A DNA stretch of 64,000 nucleotides. Source: an uncultured virus (IMG/VR IMGVR_UViG_3300029258_002658). Its lineage: Duplodnaviria > Heunggongvirae > Uroviricota > Caudoviricetes. How positions within the stretch are numbered: position 1 is the first letter of the stretch; the number at the start of each line of letters is the position of its first letter. The notes under the pieces were generated by a model, which was given only the letters and a program-made list of their open reading frames with translations, was not told the origin of the DNA and searched no databases. Shown in pieces: positions 57,129 through 64,000 of the stretch. The stretch lies in the IMG/VR virus record IMGVR_UViG_3300029258_002658, one strand, 5' to 3'. Both the position numbers and the translations under genes were made by a program.

Positions 57129-58895
57129 ATGGACTTCAGAACAAACGGATCATTGGCTGCAAAGGCTCCCACGGTCGGCCAGGGGATCGTGTCCCAGAAC
57201 CCACCGTCGATGGTCCAACCGACCACTACGACGGATTTCGCAGCAACGGCTATCGGCCAAGCTGAGCAGAGCCGCCTGACGCAGGCCTTGGATCAAGCCT
57301 TGTCTGCGTTGAACCGTACTCCTGGCACAATCACGCTCCTGAAGCACAAGCATCCGGCTCCGAGTCGATTGATCCACGGTGGAGGGATCGGAAAGTTCAC
57401 CGGTAAGGTGCCGGATACAGGACGTTACCGGAATGAGTGGAGCTACATGTTGGTGCCCGCGAACACGCAGGTACTAGCTTTCCGGGGGCGGAACTACACC
57501 GACTCGTATCGGTGGTTCGGGCCAGGGAACCACAACCTCCACGCTGCGGGGGTTCGCTGGCATGACCGAGGTGCCCCTGAGTCACTTATCACATTGCCTG
57601 TGGTCCCCAACGTGGACTCGATCATCCAGCAGACCCTGAACTTGGCGACTCCGACCTACGGTCGTCTCGTCAACCAGAGCAACTTCCAGAGCCACCCCAT
57701 CGTCCAGAAGGTTAAGCAGTACCTCTACAAGTGGGCAGGGATGTTGGCTGGGAAGCCGCAGCAAGAGGCGTACCAGAAATATACGACGTTCCTCCAAAAC
57801 CTCGCTGCCAAGGTGCGGGCCGCTGGGCCGGTGCAGCCGACTCAACAGTGCCGCTCTGGGTTCAGGGTGTGGACTCCCTCGGCAGGGCAAGGCCCGCAGA
57901 ACGGTCCTTGGAACAACTATCCGCCCTCTCAGTACGAGGTCTACCCTCTACCGGGTACGGCGTCCTACTGCTACCAGATCAAGGCCGCGCAGAAGCCTCA
58001 AGGCTTCGTATGCCCGACCGGGGTATACAAGGAGTACTCCAGTGGCGCGAAGGTCTGCATTCCGAAGGATCTTATGGGGTGCGAGGCCCGAGGTGGACAG
58101 CTTCGTATGACGGGGAGACCGGACCGGAAGCGGGGATGGCCGTATACGGTCTACTGCTACTACCCCGGACGTTCTGCGATCATTTCTCGTCACCGCTGGA
58201 CCGCTGGTGGCCCTGTCGTCGTGGACGACTTCCCGTTGAAGCAGACGACGGGCGGCTACGTCATCGATGAGGATGCCCTCGGTGTGGAGATCGATGAGAC
58301 GGTGGGGCAGTTCGGGGGTTTCGGAGGTGTTCAGGCCCCGCACTCTCTCGAACAGCTGAAGGCCATGCACGATGCGCGGATGGGAGGCGCTCCGCCTACT
58401 TCGACACCCATGCCCACGGACCTGCCCGCCCCAGCGATGACCTCTCCGATGACACCACCCGCTCCGGAGGACACGATCCCTTCGCTCCCGGAGGAGATTC
58501 CCCCGTCTCCCGATTCGGTACCTCTCCCAGGAGAACTGACCGATCAGGGTGAAGGGGGTATGTACTTCCCTTCCGCGCAGGATCGGCAGGCGATGGATGT
58601 CCTGGCCGACCTCCGCGACGGGATGCAGAGCCTTCGCCGGGACTCGCGCCAATTCGGGACCACTTTCAAGAAAGAGTTCGAGGAACTGGACGGATTCACC
58701 CCCGAACTCAGTACTAAGCTGGGGAACCTTCGGCAGGCTGCACGGGGCATCCAGTCCATCTCCAACCAATTCCTTACAGGAGAGTTCGAGCCAGTTAGCG
58801 TCGATGACGCTTCCCTGGCCGCTGCTCTCCTGACCTCGGGGGCACCACTGAAGTACGGTGGTGGTAGTCCCCTGCGAGCAGTTCGCCGCCCGTAG
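57129..58895 (+). CDS. modular protein with beta/gamma-crystallin-like and Cys-rich segments
   Basis: NEWSYMLVPANTQVLAFRGRNY..FGPG..L..WHDR resembles crystallin Greek-key motifs. Confidence 0.5.
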   Translation: MDFRTNGSLAAKAPTVGQGIVSQNPPSMVQPTTTTDFAATAIGQAEQSRLTQALDQALSALNRTPGTITLLKHKHPAPSRLIHGGGIGKFTGKVPDTGRYRNEWSYMLVPANTQVLAFRGRNYTDSYRWFGPGNHNLHAAGVRWHDRGAPESLITLPVVPNVDSIIQQTLNLATPTYGRLVNQSNFQSHPIVQKVKQYLYKWAGMLAGKPQQEAYQKYTTFLQNLAAKVRAAGPVQPTQQCRSGFRVWTPSAGQGPQNGPWNNYPPSQYEVYPLPGTASYCYQIKAAQKPQGFVCPTGVYKEYSSGAKVCIPKDLMGCEARGGQLRMTGRPDRKRGWPYTVYCYYPGRSAIISRHRWTAGGPVVVDDFPLKQTTGGYVIDEDALGVEIDETVGQFGGFGGVQAPHSLEQLKAMHDARMGGAPPTSTPMPTDLPAPAMTSPMTPPAPEDTIPSLPEEIPPSPDSVPLPGELTDQGEGGMYFPSAQDRQAMDVLADLRDGMQSLRRDSRQFGTTFKKEFEELDGFTPELSTKLGNLRQAARGIQSISNQFLTGEFEPVSVDDASLAAALLTSGAPLKYGGGSPLRAVRRP

Positions 58896-58939
58896 TTGAA
58901 CCGGCGTCCGTTAGGGCGTCACAGACCCAAAACGGAACT

Positions 58940-59908
58940 ATGAGTCAACCAGGATCAGGACGGCCCGTCTTCGGGCAGCAGCACATGGGAACCACGGGCG
59001 GGCAGCAGTTCAGTGCCCGTGTTCAACACCGTGGCCGTCGCCGCGACCCTTCAGGTGGGGGTCTGGTGATGGGTCCAGGGGGTATCACACAGCAAGGAAT
59101 GGCTCCGCCACAACAGGCGATGCCGCAGATGCCACAGATGCCACAGCAGATGCCGCGTATGGCCGCACCGATGCCGCAGGTGCCCATGCCTGCCCCAGCA
59201 CCCGCACCACCGCAACAGCAGATGGTCCAGGTGCAGTACCCTAATGGGCAGGTAGGAGTGATGCCGGTAGCCCAATACCAGCAGATGATGGCAGCTGCCC
59301 AGCAGGCGCAGCAAGCGCAGGCCGCTGCGGCCCAGGCTCAGGCCGCTGCCCAAGCCCAGGCTGCACAACAGGCTCCGGCGGTAGCGGCTCCCCCGATGCC
59401 TCAGCCGATGCCCCAGCAGGCTCCGCCCCAGCAGGCTCCGCCGCAGTACGCTCCGCAGCAGCAGGCTCAACAACAGCCAATGCCGGTGCCCCAGGGTGTT
59501 GCAGGGGCACCGCAGGGCGAAGAGGCCCAGCCCGATGCTACGGGTGGTTTGCCTCCGCAACTGGACCCCAACGTCCAGATGCTGACGATGCCACCGCCAG
59601 TAGGAGGCCGTACCAACCACGAGCCTCCGAAGCCCGTGTTCGGACACCCCGGATCCATGAAGACCATTGGTCAGGTGGATGATTCGGGTGCTATCGGCAC
59701 CACGGGCGTCATCACTGACATGGGCGTCCAGGCCCAACCCCGGTACGGATCGCAACACGACCATCCCAATGCGTTCCAAGCGCAGGGGACCGACCAACGC
59801 CAACTCGTAGGCGGTGTTCCCTTCGGGAAGCACTACGAGGGCCAACACGCGGGGCAGGCCCCTACCCCGAACAGTGTGGACGGACGGTTCACCGGCTTCG
59901 GAATGTAG
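58940..59908 (+). CDS. Gln/Pro/Ala/Met-rich low-complexity protein
   Basis: Poly-Q/PQ/AQ tracts. Confidence 0.65.
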   Translation: MSQPGSGRPVFGQQHMGTTGGQQFSARVQHRGRRRDPSGGGLVMGPGGITQQGMAPPQQAMPQMPQMPQQMPRMAAPMPQVPMPAPAPAPPQQQMVQVQYPNGQVGVMPVAQYQQMMAAAQQAQQAQAAAAQAQAAAQAQAAQQAPAVAAPPMPQPMPQQAPPQQAPPQYAPQQQAQQQPMPVPQGVAGAPQGEEAQPDATGGLPPQLDPNVQMLTMPPPVGGRTNHEPPKPVFGHPGSMKTIGQVDDSGAIGTTGVITDMGVQAQPRYGSQHDHPNAFQAQGTDQRQLVGGVPFGKHYEGQHAGQAPTPNSVDGRFTGFGM

Positions 59909-59925
59909 CCTCGTAGGGAGACACC

Positions 59926-61800
59926 ATGACAGACGGTGAAGGCAGGTTCCCCTGGCAAGACCAGGATGCGCCAGCCCGTGGCGTTCGACGGGGAAGTGGA
60001 ACCAGACCAAACGCAGGGAAAGCTGCTGCACAACCCCAGAGGCCGCGTCTCTCAACTGGAGGGGCGCAGCCTGGGTTGTTTGAACCCAGAAACGAAGACT
60101 TCTATGGGGTCGGTTCCGATGACGAAGAGGATCCCCTCGGACCCCCACTCGAACCTCGAACCGCCCACCCTCGAACGACAGAGGAGGAGGAGGAGAGCGG
60201 GGAAGTTTCGGGAGTTGAAGTAGAGGTCGAGGATAGTGAAGAACCGGACGCGGACGAAGATGACGAGGGCTCTGTAGAGGATGGCGACGATGGTGATACC
60301 GACGACTCAGGCGGGGACGATGATGTTGAGTGGAACGAAGGCGATCCCTTTGGGGGTGCGGATCGAGATGACGGAGATGATGGGGAGGAAGAAGACGGCG
60401 ACGATGGTGAAGCTGATTCAAGCGGTGGTGGCGATGAGGACCAGGAAGAAGGATCGTCCGGAGAGTCTGCAACGACTGCTTCGGCGGATGCAGGAGATTC
60501 TCCAGAACCTGAGGAACCCGAACCACCTGACGGCATCTTCCACGGAGAGGCAGAGCCTGAAGATGTGAGGAGGGCGAAGCAGGAGCGTCAATCCATCGCA
60601 TCGCCGGAGGTGGCGACCGTCGCCCGGCGACTTGGTCCAGGCGTCGGTATCAGTCAACCTGCTCGCAAGGCCGTCCCCCGACCCCAGGCCCCTCCTGTTG
60701 GGGTTAGTCGGATCTCGGAACGACCTGTGGACGACCTGCCAGTTGGGCTCGGAAGGCTAACCACTGAATTGCGGAAGCTGGGTATTACAAATCCTGGTAT
60801 CGATGCCATGATCTCGTTGGCACAGGAGAACCCTGAGGCCAAGGCGGCTCTAACGCGGCTTGCAGGCAGGGCTGCACTCGTCAACGAGGTCTCGGGTAAG
60901 GCTGGCGTCGATCTTATGCAGGAGTACGGGGCTCTTCCGCGAAACGGCAACAGGCCGAATGTGCCCTACCTCTTCAACCTTCCACCGGGGCCTGCGTTGG
61001 AAGAGCGGATGATCGTAGCGGTGGCCTCCCATGCGTTGTTCGATTCACCTTTCGATTTGAGCAAGCCCGAGCAGCGTGGTGCGGATTGGGGTTCGCCCCA
61101 ACCATTGGGTAGGCTGACCTCAGTGCAGTTGTGGTACTTCAACGCTGAGGATGGGCGTACCAGGACCAATACTACTGGGCTCGATCTCGTTAATCGGTTG
61201 CTGGGTCGAGACCCCAACAAAAGGACTGTGGGGCGCGGCCTTCGCGAGGGCGACTACATCGTAGTGAGCCTGGAAGTAGTGGTTCCAGGGTCGGCGCAGA
61301 AGCACCGGGTGTTCGTGCTGACCTCTGTGAACCGTGCGGGTGGCGTCTCGGTTCCCTCGAAGGCCGACGAGACGCGGTACCGAATGGCTATGGGTATCGT
61401 AGATGGGTTCGCGGTCCAAGATCTCGACCGAGCCGGGGCTCCCCCAAATCGAATCTGGGATGACCTCGCGTACTCGCCGTATCTCCTTACCCGTAACATG
61501 ATCCGAGGGCGTCGTCGCGGTTCGCCTATGCCGGACACGGTGTGTCGCCCCAGCCAAGCCGAGATCTACTACCTGGAGCCTGCTTGGATGGCGCTCCGGA
61601 AGGGTTTGCTCCCTGTTGAGGTAGCCACGTTCGCGGAAGCGGATCGGGAAGGGGCTGCCGAGGCGAAGGTGATCCAGAGCCTGCGTAAGGAGGCCGAAGG
61701 TCGGGCACGACAGCACCGTAGCTTCCAAGGAGTACAACCTCTGGATTCGCAGGAGGTTAGCGGTGATAGCCCTCTGGGAGCCCGTCGTATCTGGTACTAG
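59926..61800 (+). CDS. protein with long Asp/Glu-rich disordered region and globular C-terminus
   Basis: ~130-aa D/E tract; GGGAG RBS. Confidence 0.7.
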   Translation: MTDGEGRFPWQDQDAPARGVRRGSGTRPNAGKAAAQPQRPRLSTGGAQPGLFEPRNEDFYGVGSDDEEDPLGPPLEPRTAHPRTTEEEEESGEVSGVEVEVEDSEEPDADEDDEGSVEDGDDGDTDDSGGDDDVEWNEGDPFGGADRDDGDDGEEEDGDDGEADSSGGGDEDQEEGSSGESATTASADAGDSPEPEEPEPPDGIFHGEAEPEDVRRAKQERQSIASPEVATVARRLGPGVGISQPARKAVPRPQAPPVGVSRISERPVDDLPVGLGRLTTELRKLGITNPGIDAMISLAQENPEAKAALTRLAGRAALVNEVSGKAGVDLMQEYGALPRNGNRPNVPYLFNLPPGPALEERMIVAVASHALFDSPFDLSKPEQRGADWGSPQPLGRLTSVQLWYFNAEDGRTRTNTTGLDLVNRLLGRDPNKRTVGRGLREGDYIVVSLEVVVPGSAQKHRVFVLTSVNRAGGVSVPSKADETRYRMAMGIVDGFAVQDLDRAGAPPNRIWDDLAYSPYLLTRNMIRGRRRGSPMPDTVCRPSQAEIYYLEPAWMALRKGLLPVEVATFAEADREGAAEAKVIQSLRKEAEGRARQHRSFQGVQPLDSQEVSGDSPLGARRIWY

Positions 61801-61827
61801 CGAAACTGCAAAAGTTTTTCAGTTTTG
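61801..61827. promoter_or_regulatory. 27-bp palindromic site, copy 6 (immediately upstream of HTH gene)
   Basis: CGAAACTGCAAAA-G-TTTTTCAGTTTTG, abutting the GGAGG RBS of ORF 61841. Confidence 0.7.
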
Positions 61828-61840
61828 GAGGTTTTCGGAC

Positions 61841-62161
61841 ATGCGACTGCGGGACCTGAAAGAGAAGGTGTTCCCCGACGAAGAGGTCGATGTTCGTGAC
61901 CTATTGGAGCAACTGCGGCAGGAAACTAGCAGCCCAACCAAGGCCCGGTTGTACCAGACTCTCTCCGAACTCACCGGCATCAACTACCATACCTTCGCAC
62001 ATTGGAACAACGGTAGCCGAACACCGAGTCCGTCCTCGGTACGGGCGCTCCAGGCTATTCTGTATCTCCTGCGTATGCCTCCCACTCCTTCCCTCCGGCG
62101 GAGGGTTGTAGCGCGTGGGTGCAAAGCGGATGTAAACCGGGTATCACCCCCTGGCCACTGA
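61841..62161 (+). CDS. XRE/Cro-type helix-turn-helix protein
   Basis: LSELTGINYHTFAHWNNGSRTPS matches the LA..lGv...t...We.G.r.Ps pattern; GGAGG RBS. Confidence 0.7.
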   Translation: MRLRDLKEKVFPDEEVDVRDLLEQLRQETSSPTKARLYQTLSELTGINYHTFAHWNNGSRTPSPSSVRALQAILYLLRMPPTPSLRRRVVARGCKADVNRVSPPGH

Positions 62162-62216
62162 TTCGCAGGGACGGTAATCTAGGGCACCAGAACGTCCTTC
62201 TACCAGGAGATCTGCG

Positions 62217-64000
62217 ATGAAGATTTGGACCCACTACATCCCAGGGCGGCACGACCGCAGTACGGCAGCTGCGTTGGCTCGTGAGGTCACGGCGGTCAAG
62301 AGCGCCCAGAAGCTGCCGGACTATCCTCATTTCTACGTCCGGGCGGTGGTGTCCGATGCGGGGGGTCCGGACGGGCGGTTCTTGGTGTGGGCCAAGTCGC
62401 CTATGACCGACACACAGATCCGGGGGGCGTGGAAGAAGAGCAGTCCCGTGGTAGCTACGCGGACGAAGCTGGCTTCGGTGCCCGCGACGGTCAAAGGCAA
62501 CAAGCCCAAGAAGAAGGCGAAGCCGAAGAATAGTGGGGGCTCCAAGCCCAAAGCTAAGCCCAAGCCCAAAACCAGAGCCAAAACCACCGGAGCAGCGAAG
62601 CCGAAGACCGCGAAGGAGAAACTTGCGGACCTTTGGGCCGGAGCCGAATGTACCCTCGATGGGGTTCCGGCGAAGATCCAGGGGCGCAAGCAGGGCTTCG
62701 CTCATGTCTCGCAGCTGGAGGATCCAGGGGAGTCGGTGGAGTTCTCTTGGGAAGCGGTCAATCGTGTGATGACCGAAGGTGACGAGGCTTTCTCCTCGGG
62801 CAAGACGAAGCCGAAGGCTAAGGCTAAAGCCAGGAAGAAGAAGAAGTCCACTGCCAAGAAGACTGCCAGCGCAAAGCCCAGGACGAAGAAGAAGGCGAAG
62901 GCGAAGAAGGCCTCGAAGGCTACAGGAACGGTTTCCACCAAGAAGGTGAAGCGCAAGAAGGGCAGACGGCCTGGAGCCACGAAGAAGGGCAAGAAGACGG
63001 TGTCCGGAGGGACGCTCGCCTCCCGCCTCAACTGGCTAGACCGAGCCGAGATCCAGGAAATCCTGGAGCGGTGGGGTTTCGCAGTCTACGACTCGGAGTC
63101 CACTGACGACCTCCGCGAAGCGTTGCAGGAGAACATCGAAGACGGGACCATCCCTGAGGAGGAGATCGATACGGTCAGCGGTCCCATGGGTAAGAAGAAG
63201 AAGGCGAAGTCGAAGAAGGCGAAGGGTAAGAAAACGGTAAGCGGAAAGTCTTTCAAAGAGGGGGATCGAGTAAGGGTGGTGAGTCCAGCGGCGATGATCC
63301 TGAGCGGGATCCCTGAAGGGGCGGAGGGCATCGTACGGGCCATCGCAGGTGCCAGAGGCCGGTCGATCTACCCAGACCCGGCTAAGCGACTCGTTTATGT
63401 GGAATGGGACCAGTACCCCGGCAAGGCTATTGGCCGTGATGAGGTCGAGAAGATCGACAATGGCTCGGTAGGCCGGAGGATACCTCGCGTTAGCGTCGAT
63501 GTATTCGAGGACGGGCAGCCTGTACGTGGATCCAGGGACTTCACCCAGGCCTTCGATACCGTGGGGGCACTGCCTCCTGGGGGATGGAACGAAGGCTGTG
63601 GATACGAGACGCTGGCCGGTTGGCTTCACGCCAGCAACGACCGGTACTATGAGGCGCGTCGGCACATCGCTGATCTCGCTATGGATCGCGCCGAGGAATT
63701 GGCTGCCATCCAATACCCTCTCTCCGCCAAGGCCTCAATCAAGAAGGCTTCGCTTGCTCGTCTCCAACCTTTCATCACCGAGGGCAAGCACCGCATGAAG
63801 CGGACAGGTGAGGACGGGAAAGCGGAAGGGGAATGGTACGCCGTCGTGCGGACCATCCAGCAGAACATCCTCAGCAGTGAGATCGTCAAAGCCGGAGGCC
63901 GTACACCTCAGGAAGCGGACGTGCGGTGCGCTGGTCTCGACTTGGAGGGCGTGTCCCAGGCTCCATGTCCGGCCTACACCCCAGCTACGGCTGCGGGTCC
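62217..64000 (+). CDS. large modular protein with histone-H1-like Lys-rich linkers (runs off window)
   Basis: Not in the ORF track. Manual translation from ATG 62217 (AGGAG RBS) is open to the window end: MKIWTHYIPG..KPKKKAKPK..KKTVSGGTLASRLNW..IDTVSGPMGKKKK..KKTVSGKSFKEGDRVRV.. Confidence 0.8.
   Translation, partial: MKIWTHYIPGRHDRSTAAALAREVTAVKSAQKLPDYPHFYVRAVVSDAGGPDGRFLVWAKSPMTDTQIRGAWKKSSPVVATRTKLASVPATVKGNKPKKKAKPKNSGGSKPKAKPKPKTRAKTTGAAKPKTAKEKLADLWAGAECTLDGVPAKIQGRKQGFAHVSQLEDPGESVEFSWEAVNRVMTEGDEAFSSGKTKPKAKAKARKKKKSTAKKTASAKPRTKKKAKAKKASKATGTVSTKKVKRKKGRRPGATKKGKKTVSGGTLASRLNWLDRAEIQEILERWGFAVYDSESTDDLREALQENIEDGTIPEEEIDTVSGPMGKKKKAKSKKAKGKKTVSGKSFKEGDRVRVVSPAAMILSGIPEGAEGIVRAIAGARGRSIYPDPAKRLVYVEWDQYPGKAIGRDEVEKIDNGSVGRRIPRVSVDVFEDGQPVRGSRDFTQAFDTVGALPPGGWNEGCGYETLAGWLHASNDRYYEARRHIADLAMDRAEELAAIQYPLSAKASIKKASLARLQPFITEGKHRMKRTGEDGKAEGEWYAVVRTIQQNILSSEIVKAGGRTPQEADVRCAGLDLEGVSQAPCPAYTPATAAG

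Noticed and set aside
1..64000. tRNA, rRNA, integrase or attachment sites
   Set aside because: None recognised by eye; intergenic gaps are short. tRNAscan/Infernal would be needed to exclude them.

Overview
This GC-rich, gene-dense window reads as part of a large (>64 kb) dsDNA bacterial virus or virus-like element. I see no ribosomal, rRNA/tRNA or cell-envelope housekeeping genes. The left part (mostly minus strand) holds nucleotide-metabolism and accessory genes: a truncated probable ThyX, RNase HI, a GHKL ATPase, a Dnd-associated methyltransferase/Mom-like fusion, a class II ribonucleotide reductase, DUF932 and a J-domain protein. Replication genes are a compact family A DNA polymerase, a CHC2/TOPRIM primase-like protein, an SF2 helicase and a PD-(D/E)XK nuclease. 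Other genes are an IscS-type cysteine desulfurase, pyrE, pyrF, an RRM protein and a cluster of fibre/spike-like genes (31.4-37.5 kb). A long plus-strand block (46.8-64 kb) looks structural: a transglutaminase-family Cys protease, amphipathic/membrane proteins, candidate jelly-roll capsid proteins and Lys-rich modular proteins. No terminase, portal, HK97 capsid or tail tube/sheath genes are recognisable, so a large tailless, membrane-containing (Varidnaviria-like) virus is the working hypothesis. The most striking unexplained patterns are (1) a recurring [T/S]V[S/A]G or TVG motif at domain junctions of many modular proteins, suggesting protease-processed polyproteins; (2) six dispersed copies of a 27-bp AT-rich palindrome, one directly before an HTH gene; (3) a shared N-terminal motif on several fibre proteins; (4) an origin-like non-coding region at 40.3-40.9 kb. 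All family calls come from reading motifs by eye; no database searches were run.
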